Positions 26,085 to 35,094 of a stretch of 64,000 nt of DNA are shown here, in pieces. A model generated the notes under the pieces. That model searched no databases and was not told where the DNA came from. It saw only the letters and a list, made by a program, of their open reading frames with translations. The translations under genes and the position numbers were made by a program. Within the stretch, counting starts at the first letter, position 1, and every line of letters begins with the position of its first letter. The stretch is from Methanomassiliicoccales archaeon (GTDB taxonomy: Archaea > Thermoplasmatota > Thermoplasmata > Methanomassiliicoccales > UBA472): NCBI GenBank assembly GCA_036504055.1, contig DASXVU010000004.1, forward strand, positions 28,202 through 92,201, in the 5' to 3' direction.

Positions 26085-26768
26085 TTATACCGATATTCCG
26101 TTTTTCCTGGCCAATTTGATTATGTCCATGGAAGGAATCCAAAGAGACATTGTCACTCGATCGTTGTCCACCGGGGCAAAATTATCTTTGCCACCACGAC
26201 TTAACATACCAAATACTCTTGAATTGGAAAGGAAACCTGGACATCCACTTGAGCCCTCAAACATCATTGATTCACATTCATAATAATCAATAATTGATCC
26301 ATTTTGCGATGCTTTTTGATAACATGCCGAGATATATGACCCCTGAAACCTCTCTAGGAAATTTGCCTGATTCCCCTTTTCAGTTTTTACTAAGTGACTT
26401 AATGGAAAGCCTAATGAACCACAACTTGCCCCATTAGGTGCTCGGGAAGGTTCTAAGATAAGAAATTCCCTCGATCTAGGTTCTTCTATCCTCAATAATG
26501 CAATATCGTGATCGAGATCTTGTGCGATAAAACTTACTTTTTCAAATGGTTTTTCCATATCAGGTAATCTGATAGTCAAAAGAACTGGCTTCTCGGAATC
26601 TTTCATTTCTGTATCGTGATGAATTACATGAGCGGCGGTAACTAATATTCCCGGGGCTATTGTAAATCCCGACCCGAAAGCATGTGTGTATAGATCATTT
26701 TCACCTTTTATGGGAACGCAAATTCCGTAAACAGAATCTCTGGTTTCTTTGTACGCATTTCTAAACAT
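26085..26768 (-). CDS. Trypsin-like (chymotrypsin-fold) serine protease, cytoplasmic, paralogue B
   Basis: From its first ATG (26768) it is 227 aa, the same length as paralogue A; the tracked ORF begins at a TTG at 26801. Triad contexts are GSGFTIAPGILVTAAHVIH, HDIALLRI and GSSGCPGF. Its N-terminus MFRNAYKETRDSVYG parallels MFRRACSTNRESIYG of A. Confidence 0.8.
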   Translation of the reverse strand: MFRNAYKETRDSVYGICVPIKGENDLYTHAFGSGFTIAPGILVTAAHVIHHDTEMKDSEKPVLLTIRLPDMEKPFEKVSFIAQDLDHDIALLRIEEPRSREFLILEPSRAPNGASCGSLGFPLSHLVKTEKGNQANFLERFQGSYISACYQKASQNGSIIDYYECESMMFEGSSGCPGFLSNSRVFGMLSRGGKDNFAPVDNDRVTMSLWIPSMDIIKLARKNGISV

Positions 26769-27057
26769 GATAGATAGACTGGATACAATTCGAAGTATCA
26801 AACTTGTACCTCATATTACTGACTTTGTTATTAGGAATTCTTACACGATCTCCGCTCCCGGTTTGGACCGTCTATTCGGATTTACCAATTTTGTTAACTC
26901 CTAACTCCTATCTAACTGGGTTTTTAACTTTGTCATCCAGCATTAACAGAATTAACTGAATAGTTAGATAGTTAGAAGAAAGAGGGAGTAAGATAGATAA
27001 GAAAAATTGGACAAATAATTAAGGCAAGATATCTCGTAGCATTCTTAGGTGTGAGTC

Positions 27058-27288
27058 TTGGGGAAGACATACAAGGACAAGAAAGGCTATATTAGGTGGA
27101 GCGACAGCGGGAAGCTGGTGCATAGGACCGTGGCCGAGAACATGATCGGAGGTCCGATAGGAAAGGGAAGGGTTGTCCACCACAAGGATGGGAACAAGAG
27201 TAATTTCAGAAAAGGCAATTTGTTGGTTATGAGTAGAAGCGAACATTCATCCCTTCACGCTAAGAAAAAGAAACATTGGTTCTGGTAA
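27058..27288 (+). CDS. Small HNH endonuclease
   Basis: 76 aa with a TTG start. VHHKDGNKSNFRKGNLLVMSRSEHSSLH matches the HNH (H-N-H) motif. Confidence 0.75.
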   Translation: MGKTYKDKKGYIRWSDSGKLVHRTVAENMIGGPIGKGRVVHHKDGNKSNFRKGNLLVMSRSEHSSLHAKKKKHWFW

Positions 27289-27410
27289 AATAAAAAAATT
27301 GAAAATGGTTTGCGACGGTTTGTTATTCCGTTTTATCTCTCAAACCCTCGGCGGGGCTTTTCCTGAATTAGGGAGAAATCGGTCGTTAACCAGTCGGTTT
27401 TATGGAGGGT

Positions 27411-27429
27411 AATCCCCCCCAGTCCACCA
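27411..27429. repeat. attR core: second copy of AATCCCCCCCAGTCCACCA
   Basis: Identical to 14532-14550. It is followed by host-type sequence containing an oligo-T tract. Confidence 0.85.
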
Positions 27430-27450
27430 CTACGCATATCCAGAAATATA

Positions 27451-27511
27451 TTTTTGAGATTCAATAACGGGTCTCTGTGTTTTTATTGAATCGGACTCTT
27501 TGTAGGAGTCC
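27451..27511 (+). terminator. Displaced tRNA terminator region: T5 tract followed by two hairpins
   Basis: TTTTT at 27451-27455, 22 nt after the att core. The hairpins are GATTCAATAA...TTATTGAATC (27458-27492) and GGACTC...GAGTCC (27493-27511). This may also serve the convergent cupin gene. Confidence 0.35.
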
Positions 27512-27561
27512 TTGAGCTGTTTGCCCGCGACATTTGTCTTTTGGCTCGATCTCACGTTCGG

Positions 27562-27906
27562 CTAAGGACTGGTTTCTTTTTCGAAAGAGTAGAAGTCCAC
27601 CGCTTCATCCCCTACCACCCATGCATCGTGTCCAGGAGGGATGTCTATCACATCACCAGGGACTACGTCGACTTCCTGTCCATCGTTAGCCCTGATCCGG
27701 AGGCGACCCTTGATCTGGATAGCGAAGTGGTGGAGTTGACAAGTGGCCGTGCCAGCGAAAGGGCTGACATCCTTCGACCATTTCCAGCCGGGTTCGAAGG
27801 TATATTTGATTGCCACGAAGTCCCCTATCTTCACCCTCTCCGCTCTGGTCAATGGTGGTGTCATTACGGAGTCTGGTTTGTTGAAGTTCTTCTTCTCGAT
27901 AGTCAT
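27562..27906 (-). CDS. Cupin domain protein
   Basis: 114 aa. HHFAIQIKGRLRIRANDGQEVDVVPGDVIDIPPGHDAWVVGDE matches the two cupin motifs. Confidence 0.7.
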   Translation of the reverse strand: MTIEKKNFNKPDSVMTPPLTRAERVKIGDFVAIKYTFEPGWKWSKDVSPFAGTATCQLHHFAIQIKGRLRIRANDGQEVDVVPGDVIDIPPGHDAWVVGDEAVDFYSFEKETSP

Positions 27907-28258
27907 GTAAATTCCTTAGTATTCGCTTGACAGTTCTTGGTATTAGAATAATCGTTCGATTGGTGAACCGAGTATGTCATTAAAGGGCGGAAAGAAGAAG
28001 TCAAGAGGAAAACAGAAAGACGAAGGGATTGTTATCCTTCTAACCCTCTTCAAGAGTGAATTTCCCGACCCTGGGCAGAATTGATGGTCGGCCATTCGGA
28101 GTTGTTGGTCGAACACCGACCTTGTCCACTTTTTGTTCTTCTATCTAATGCCTACTTCAAACGTTCTTCATTCCTCTCTTCGCAAGAAAAATGAATGCGC
28201 GATGGCGATCGCCGCCCCAACGGCCCACTACGATGAGGGAAGAGACCTTGTTTAAGCT

Positions 28259-28936
28259 CTATGTCTGACCATCACCTCGGGGTGCCCTGGCAGCGTGTCT
28301 GAATAGAACACCTAGCAAGATCCCGGAGACTATCAGCGTTATCCAATCTATGGTGATAACAAGCACCTCAAATTGGACAGCATCATGGCCTGCTAATGTA
28401 AGACCGATAAAAGATCCGGTCGCCAAGACAAAACCAGCAACAAAAAGAAATCGAATAGAACGTTGCAGCCTTCCTTCATTGAAGAGCGGGGCCAGGGCAA
28501 GGAACGACGTGCTCATCAATATGTAGGCTAGGGACTCAATACTCACGAATAGGCCGTGGGGATTGTACTGGGTAAAGAGAGATAGGCCTTCTGTCTCTCC
28601 TGCTAAAGTACTAGGCAAGACCACGGTCCATTGAATGAAAAAATCAAGCATAAGCATGGCCGCACTGATTGTGGCAAATGATAGTGCGATTTGGCTGAAG
28701 AGCTTCTTTTCATTCGATGCGTTGTGATGGATGAATGCTACCAGCACCACGAATAACGGCATAAGTAAGAATGCTGGGATGAGCCATAAGTAATCGGCTT
28801 GGATGTACGAAGGAGTGTAGGGATAGGGATAAGTGTACGATAGAGTGCCAAGGAGAGCGAGCGAGAAAGTTACGGTCGTTAGTACAGCAGTAAGGGACGC
28901 AAGCCAGAATCCGATTCGGTTCTTTTCCATCATCAT
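28259..28936 (-). CDS. Polytopic membrane protein, unknown family
   Basis: 225 aa with about six hydrophobic helices. Confidence 0.55.
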   Translation of the reverse strand: MMMEKNRIGFWLASLTAVLTTVTFSLALLGTLSYTYPYPYTPSYIQADYLWLIPAFLLMPLFVVLVAFIHHNASNEKKLFSQIALSFATISAAMLMLDFFIQWTVVLPSTLAGETEGLSLFTQYNPHGLFVSIESLAYILMSTSFLALAPLFNEGRLQRSIRFLFVAGFVLATGSFIGLTLAGHDAVQFEVLVITIDWITLIVSGILLGVLFRHAARAPRGDGQT

Positions 28937-29364
28937 GTCTATATCTCCAACTCAGTAGTCCACAAGAAGCACATGATATAATATTTAAATCTACTTCGAT
29001 TTATACGACTTCTTTTCTTCCTGGACATAGATGATAGATCAAACACTGAAGAACATCAAAATGGAATCTCCCCGATTCGGACCGAATGACCGAGGAGGTA
29101 TTTCGACATCCATTTAATAAAAGATAATGTCGTCGGATGGCTGACACCTCAGATCTATTTTACATTTATTTCCTATGCCACCGTCTTCGGGTTCTAGTTA
29201 AAGCAAGGCAGTTCCAAGCGAGACTTTGAACAGAAACAACATCGTTTCACATTACGGAACGATATATTTTCAGATACATCGTGATTGGCGCAGATGAGTA
29301 AGACGTGTTCCTTTTTATATTGCCAGATAATTCTTGAACAGAAACTCCGAAATATTGAAATGCA

Positions 29365-30018
29365 ATGAATGATAGCAGTATCTCGATGGGGTGTCGAACG
29401 TTGTCTATTCATTTACTCATCGAAGATAGGATAATCTCTTTCATCAAATCGAATGACGAGTTGGCCATTATCGCAGACCATTCCAGAATATATTTCAGGA
29501 ATTTAACAAACGTTTTGTGCACCGGAACCAGTTTCCTGTACGGGCATTGGATAAGGTCATCACTGTTCCGACATGTTTTCAGGATAAGGATGCCTCGGAC
29601 CTCGTACATCAACAGACGGTGTAAATTCAGAGGTCCATTCAGGAATCTGACCATAGGCGATCATTCAATAATCGGCAGCAATGCCGCTTTGGATTTTAGA
29701 GATAAGATCAGCATAGGCAATAATGTCAACATCGGCGATTATCTCAAGATCTTCACAATGGAACATGACATCGACGATCCAGAGTTCGGGGCAACGAGGG
29801 GCCCGGTAAATATTGAGGATTGGGTCTACATCGGGGCGGGAGTGACCATTCTTGCCGGAGTCACCGTCCAGGAGGGGGCAGTCGTTGCCACCGGAGCGGT
29901 CGTCACGAAGGATGTTCCCGCATGGACCATGGTCGGCGGTGTCCCGGCCAAATTCATAAAGGACAGGAAGGTCAACAAGTATACGATCAACACTCGTTGG
30001 AAGATGCCGTGGCGGTGA
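29365..30018 (+). CDS. Left-handed beta-helix (hexapeptide-repeat) acetyltransferase, WcaF/maltose O-acetyltransferase-like
   Basis: LTIGDHSIIGSNAALDF..ISIGNNVNIGDYLKIFTMEHD...VNIEDWVYIGAGVTILAGVTVQEGAVVATGAVVTKDVPAWTMVGGVPAK. The true start is uncertain. Confidence 0.7.
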   Translation: MNDSSISMGCRTLSIHLLIEDRIISFIKSNDELAIIADHSRIYFRNLTNVLCTGTSFLYGHWIRSSLFRHVFRIRMPRTSYINRRCKFRGPFRNLTIGDHSIIGSNAALDFRDKISIGNNVNIGDYLKIFTMEHDIDDPEFGATRGPVNIEDWVYIGAGVTILAGVTVQEGAVVATGAVVTKDVPAWTMVGGVPAKFIKDRKVNKYTINTRWKMPWR

Positions 30019-30155
30019 CCATTCTTTATTGATTTATCCTAAGTGATTGGCTGGATCCCCTTGGTCCTTCACTCTTTTTCGTTCAACATTACCAGGCAAG
30101 GGAAATGCCTGCATCGAACGATTTCCATCATCGAGCAGGAAAAGAAAAGGAATGG

Positions 30156-31604
30156 TCAAGGAACGAACCGGAAGTTACTGAACTGCCACATGTCGCTCTC
30201 GTGGTTATTTTCCTGGTTCTCCTTGAAGTAGACCTTCCTGTTCTTAAGCGGGGTCCAATCGGATCGTACGGACACGAACTTCCCCAGGTAGGGCATTGAG
30301 ATCCTGAGCACGAAATCGTGGGGAAGGTCCTCCGGGGTGCACAGGCCCTTCCGGGGGTTCTCCATCATCCACATGACCGCGGATACTATTCCCAAAGCCA
30401 CTTGGACGGTGGTCGCGTTCTGTTCCGGAACGAGCTCTCTCGCCTCTTCGACGGTGAGGATGCTTCCGCACCACCATGAGCCGTACTCATGGCCCATCAG
30501 CAATGCGCCTAGGATGTCCTCTCCGGAGACGATCTCTTCTTCCTGGAGAATTCTCAGTTTGGGCTGCATCTCATAGTTCCGGCACCTGAGCTCGTGGAGC
30601 GAGACCAAAGTGTCGTTACACGGCATGTAGGCATAATGAACGGTCGGCCTGTAAACGGCCTTCCCATTCTCCCAGACGGTGAGCTTGTCCGATAATCCGA
30701 AGGCCTCACCATGCCTGATGGCCATCCCCACGATCTCGCAGTCCGGGACCCATGACCTAACCCAGGTGTTCATGCCCATCTGTGCGAGCATGATCTGATT
30801 CCTCGGCCCCACCGATGGGACGAAGGCCAGTGGCGGCAGGGTCTTCTCATGCGTGCCCCAGCCCAGCTCGGCCGGAGCAACCCCTTCCTCTCTCAATCCC
30901 TCTATGCTCCATGTCCCGACGAACTCGTCCACCTTTTTAGGATTGTTCGTGACCTGAGTGTCCCTTTCCGAGCAGTGGATGACCTTGACATCCAGGAGCC
31001 TCGACAATTCTGCGAAATTGTTTGCCTTCACAAGCTTCCGCAGGTGCTCTGCTTCATTCTGGTCCACTTTCTTATCCGCTATGAGCCTCTCGGAAATGTC
31101 GACCAGGGCTTGCTTCACAAAATGGGAGATAAGTCCCGGATTTGCACCGTGATCGATGACCGCGGTCGGTCCGCCGATCCAACCATCTGTCATCTGCCTC
31201 AGACGCATCTGCCGGTTATAGAGCGACTTTTCAAGGGGGTTCTTTGACTCTATTTCGGCGGCCGAGTCCCAGACCTCCAACGAGGTGTTTACGAACAGGA
31301 CTGCGTGCTCATGGCACCACTTGATCATGGTGGAGGTATCGATGTTCCAAGCCAGATCTATAAGGAGCCCGCCGGGAGGCAGATGCTCTGAAAGGACTGA
31401 TTCGATGTTCTCAGGCGTGATCATCTGTTTACGATATCTCACACCTAGGTTGGTCCATTTTTTCAGGGCGGAGGCCTTGTCCTCAAAGTCAATTATGGTG
31501 ATATTTTCGTACGGAATGTTGATGTGCTTCAGAAGAACAGGAAGCGTGCACCGTGCGACGGAACCGTACCCCACGATCAGAACCTTACTATTGAACTCCA
31601 TCAT
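30156..31604 (-). CDS. hss: Homospermidine synthase (bacterial HSS type, saccharopine-dehydrogenase-like fold)
   Basis: The likely start is MMEFNSKVLIVGYGSV; the tracked ORF extends to 31676. It matches remembered HSS blocks along its length: GANPGLISHFVKQAL, ERDTQ, TWSIEG...PAELGWGT, YRPTVHYAYMPCNDTLVSLHEL, PEQNATTVQV, DWTPL and WQFSNF. Confidence 0.85.
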   Translation of the reverse strand: MMEFNSKVLIVGYGSVARCTLPVLLKHINIPYENITIIDFEDKASALKKWTNLGVRYRKQMITPENIESVLSEHLPPGGLLIDLAWNIDTSTMIKWCHEHAVLFVNTSLEVWDSAAEIESKNPLEKSLYNRQMRLRQMTDGWIGGPTAVIDHGANPGLISHFVKQALVDISERLIADKKVDQNEAEHLRKLVKANNFAELSRLLDVKVIHCSERDTQVTNNPKKVDEFVGTWSIEGLREEGVAPAELGWGTHEKTLPPLAFVPSVGPRNQIMLAQMGMNTWVRSWVPDCEIVGMAIRHGEAFGLSDKLTVWENGKAVYRPTVHYAYMPCNDTLVSLHELRCRNYEMQPKLRILQEEEIVSGEDILGALLMGHEYGSWWCGSILTVEEARELVPEQNATTVQVALGIVSAVMWMMENPRKGLCTPEDLPHDFVLRISMPYLGKFVSVRSDWTPLKNRKVYFKENQENNHESDMWQFSNFRFVP

Positions 31605-31990
31605 CGATGAAAATCCTCTTTGACTTGGATGAGAATAAATCCAAGAATGTAAAGTTTTCTTAGATAGAAGGGTCATTCCAGGACCTGCTTGTTCGAGATC
31701 ACCTGCATTTCAATGAGGTTTCGAGCAGTTCATGTTCAGCACCAGTGTATTCACCGCCAGTAAAATGGGTCAACAATTGGAGAATGGACGGATCGAGGAA
31801 GGAGATGATGGAAAAACGGTCAATATCGGCTGCCCATAGAACCTGCATGCCACCGAACTCGTTCGGTATCGCAACATCACATCATTCGAACCCATCCAGG
31901 TTCATGGATCGGTGTTCATTCGATTTTTGGATATCTCCTTCGACACGAATATAAGTTAGAATACGCCTCCTACTGAAGGAGGACTCGAAG

Positions 31991-32884
31991 ATGATGGATA
32001 ATATTCTTCAGACGATCGGGAACACTCCCATAGTCCGTATCAACAAGTTAAATCCTAACAATAACGTCAACATATATGCCAAACTGGAAGGATTCAATCC
32101 CACTGGCAGCATTAAAGACCGTATCGCCCTTGAGATGATCCAACAGGCCGAAAGGGAAGGGCGACTGAGACCGGGCAAGACCATCATCGAACCGACATCG
32201 GGCAATACCGGCATCGCCTTGGCCATGATCGGAACGGTACTGGGATACGGTGTCGAAATCGTCATGAGCGAGGCCGTTTCCGTCGAGAGAAGACAGATGA
32301 TAAAGGCCCTGGGAGGTGAGGTCACCCTCACCGATGCCAAGTCAGGCACCGATGGCGCCATCAGAAAGGCGAGGGAACTGGTGGAACAATTTCCGGACAA
32401 GTACTTCATGCCGGACCAGTTCTCCAACAAATACAACCAGATCTGCCACTACCGCACCACCGGCGAAGAGATCTGGAGACAGACCTTCGGCAAGATAGAT
32501 TATTTCGTTTCCGCACTGGGAACGTCCGGTACGATAATGGGCGTGGGGAGGGCATTGAAGGAGCATAACCCCGATATCAAACTCGTGTCCGCCCATCCAG
32601 TAAAGGGACATTATATCCAGGGCCTCAAGAACATGGAGGAGGCGATCGTTCCTTCGATATACGATCCATCCAAGATCGATATCACGATCATGGTGGAGAC
32701 CGAGGCCGCCTATGACATGGCTAGGCGGATCGCCCGTGAAGAGGGTATCTTTGTGGGCATGAGCAGCGGCGCTGCCATGTATGCCGCGGCGGAGACCGCG
32801 AAGAAGATAAGCTCCGGCAACATAGTCGTCATCTTCCCTGACCGTGGCGAGAAGTACCTCAGCACCAAGCTGTTCCAGGCATGA
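31991..32884 (+). CDS. cysK: Cysteine synthase (O-acetylserine sulfhydrylase, CysK/CysM family)
   Basis: 297 aa. IGNTPIVRINKL, NPTGSIKDR (PLP lysine) and EPTSGNTGIALA place it in the fold-type II PLP family. Confidence 0.88.
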   Translation: MMDNILQTIGNTPIVRINKLNPNNNVNIYAKLEGFNPTGSIKDRIALEMIQQAEREGRLRPGKTIIEPTSGNTGIALAMIGTVLGYGVEIVMSEAVSVERRQMIKALGGEVTLTDAKSGTDGAIRKARELVEQFPDKYFMPDQFSNKYNQICHYRTTGEEIWRQTFGKIDYFVSALGTSGTIMGVGRALKEHNPDIKLVSAHPVKGHYIQGLKNMEEAIVPSIYDPSKIDITIMVETEAAYDMARRIAREEGIFVGMSSGAAMYAAAETAKKISSGNIVVIFPDRGEKYLSTKLFQA

Positions 32885-33059
32885 TCCCGGTAGTCGTGCG
32901 AACTTGACAAGCCAGGAGAAATCATTTCCCAATATTCCCAATTGGAGCCTGGCCACTTGTTCCCTGGAACTGTCGATCGGTCTGTGGAAGACCTACGGAG
33001 CTTTCGGCCAACATGTACATAAGCATCCAATCATTGTGGCCGGACAAAAAGGTTGATCT

Positions 33060-33614
33060 ATGGATATTCTGACGATGACCCTGATCGCCATCGGGCTAGC
33101 CATGGATGCGTTTGCGGTCTCCATCGCCAAAGGAATGACCGTCAAGAAGGACAGAAGGAGAACGGCGCTCCTGCTGGCCTCACTTTTCGGAGGTTTCCAG
33201 GCCCTGATGCCGTTCCTTGGCTGGCTGGCCGGGCTGGGTCTGAGAGATATCATCATGGGTATCGACCATTGGATCGCCTTTGCGCTGCTCGGGTTCATAG
33301 GTGCGAAGATGATCTATGAATCGACCAAGGCCGAGGAGGGTGATGGCGATGCGGTCACGCTGACGCTGGCCCTGACCCTGGCGGTGGCTACCAGCATCGA
33401 TGCTTTGATGGTGGGATTGAGCTTCGCCCTGCTGGAAACATCCATCCTAGTTCCGATCCTGATCATCGGGGCTGTGACCTTCGTGCTCTCCCTCATCGGA
33501 TTCGTGTTCGGTTCAGGACTGGGAAAGCTATTCAGCAAGAAGATAGAGATCGTGGGAGGCCTTATCCTGATATTGATCGGGATCCAGATCTTGGTCGAGC
33601 ATCTGACCGCATGA
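33060..33614 (+). CDS. mntP: Manganese efflux pump MntP
   Basis: 184 aa. GLAMDAFAVSIAKG and a second SIDALMVG half-repeat, with six hydrophobic helices. Confidence 0.85.
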   Translation: MDILTMTLIAIGLAMDAFAVSIAKGMTVKKDRRRTALLLASLFGGFQALMPFLGWLAGLGLRDIIMGIDHWIAFALLGFIGAKMIYESTKAEEGDGDAVTLTLALTLAVATSIDALMVGLSFALLETSILVPILIIGAVTFVLSLIGFVFGSGLGKLFSKKIEIVGGLILILIGIQILVEHLTA

Positions 33615-33814
33615 TCATGGAACCGGCGCTTGGCGGAGGATGGTCGATCACGTAGGGATCCGAACCATGATCGGATCACATCGTTCCGAATCCTGAAGAC
33701 GGTCGGAAGCCATTTGGTGTTCAAGAAATCATGTCCAAATGTGATGATGATTATTGAAAGATCTTGCGTCGGACATGACAGGCAATCGAAGATGCTAAAC
33801 ACTTCGAGCTCCAC

Positions 33815-34516
33815 TTGCATTTCAGTGAGCTCGTGAAATTGAACGATTTGGAACGAAGGGCCGGGATCGTCCTGCAATCACTGCTGGTTAGGGTCAACCT
33901 AGAGCTCATGAACTTCAATGACCCTGACAGAAAAATGGTCAACGGCAAGATCAATCAGATCAAGAACGAAACTGAACTGTCGATGTCGAACACTGCCGCC
34001 CAGGAGCTATTCGAGGCCGTCAAGGCAACGGGCAAGATCGAGGGAGATATCGCCGAGGTGGGAGTATTCAAGGGCGGTTCGGCCAAAGTCATCTGTGAAG
34101 CAAAGGGTGACCGACGTCTGCACCTGTTCGATACCTTTGACGGTGCACCAGAACCGGATCCTTTTGACAATCTGGAGGTGTCTGAGGAGGACCGGTTCGG
34201 CTCGGACCTGGACGCCGTTAGAAAGTATTTGGCGAACTTCCCCAACGTGAATTTTTACAAGGGACTCTTCCCAGGTACATCTGGGCCGGTCAAAGACTCG
34301 GTGTTCTCCTTGGTCCATCTCGATACCGGCCTCCACCGGTCGACCTACGATGGCCTGGAATTCTTCTATCCCAGAATGAACCGTGGAGGGCTGATCATCT
34401 CACACGATTACAGCTATATGACTGGGGTGAGAAAGGCGATCGATGAATTCTTTCTAGACAAACCTGAGATCGTTCTCGGTCTTTCGAGCTATCAGTGCCT
34501 CATGATCAAAATGTAA
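33815..34516 (+). CDS. Class I SAM-dependent methyltransferase, TylF (macrocin O-methyltransferase)-like
   Basis: GDIAEVGVFKGGSAKVI...LHLFDTFDG...VHLDTGLHRSTYDGLEFFYPRMNRGGLIISHDY. The start is uncertain. Confidence 0.65.
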   Translation: MHFSELVKLNDLERRAGIVLQSLLVRVNLELMNFNDPDRKMVNGKINQIKNETELSMSNTAAQELFEAVKATGKIEGDIAEVGVFKGGSAKVICEAKGDRRLHLFDTFDGAPEPDPFDNLEVSEEDRFGSDLDAVRKYLANFPNVNFYKGLFPGTSGPVKDSVFSLVHLDTGLHRSTYDGLEFFYPRMNRGGLIISHDYSYMTGVRKAIDEFFLDKPEIVLGLSSYQCLMIKM

Positions 34517-34600
34517 AGAAGAATCTGAACCGCGCACTTTCAATCGAATTGGAAAAGAATATCAGCGATGACCTGAACTATTAATCCCGGTGATCATGCC

Positions 34601-34909
34601 ATGTTGGTAATGCAAATAGCATCGCACGCAGCCGAAGTATGTCCATCGCATGAAGAAAAGTATAGGCCGATATCGGTGAACTGGTATGAAAAGGTCGAAT
34701 CGATAGCCGCCAAATACGGTATAAAGTTCCTGGGCAGCTATACCGACCCTTCCATGCATGATATCTACACGATATACGACACCCCCGGGATGGACGTGTT
34801 CATGAAATTGGCCATGGAACCGGATATGATGGCCATGTGGCAGTTCAACAAGGGACGGACATTTCCGGTGCTAGATCACAAGGCGACATTGGCCTTGGTA
34901 AAGAAATAA
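34601..34909 (+). CDS. Hypothetical small protein (possibly DUF3303-like)
   Basis: 102-aa ORF with host-like composition. The family assignment is only a weak recollection. Confidence 0.4.
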   Translation: MLVMQIASHAAEVCPSHEEKYRPISVNWYEKVESIAAKYGIKFLGSYTDPSMHDIYTIYDTPGMDVFMKLAMEPDMMAMWQFNKGRTFPVLDHKATLALVKK

Positions 34910-35094
34910 CCGACAGATGGAGCGATGGCCGCGATAGTGGACCAACTGGGCTATTCAGTCTATGATATGGTCAGTACTATCGAGTGAATCATGAGAAGGG
35001 TATCAATTATGTCCTGGGAACGTTCACCGGGAATTAGATACCACCATTCGGGAGCTCTTCGACTATAGTGTGATCTGTCCAGGAGATCGGCCCA

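Larger units (their letters stand above)
14532..27429. mobile_element. Integrated element (integrative plasmid or provirus) of about 12.9 kb in tRNA-Ala
   Basis: It is bounded by the 19-bp direct repeat, with an integrase directly inside attL and a primase-polymerase/helicase replication gene. The tRNA-type oligo-T terminator is found only after attR. Composition is visibly AT-richer and patchy, and most ORFs are orphans. Confidence 0.8.
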
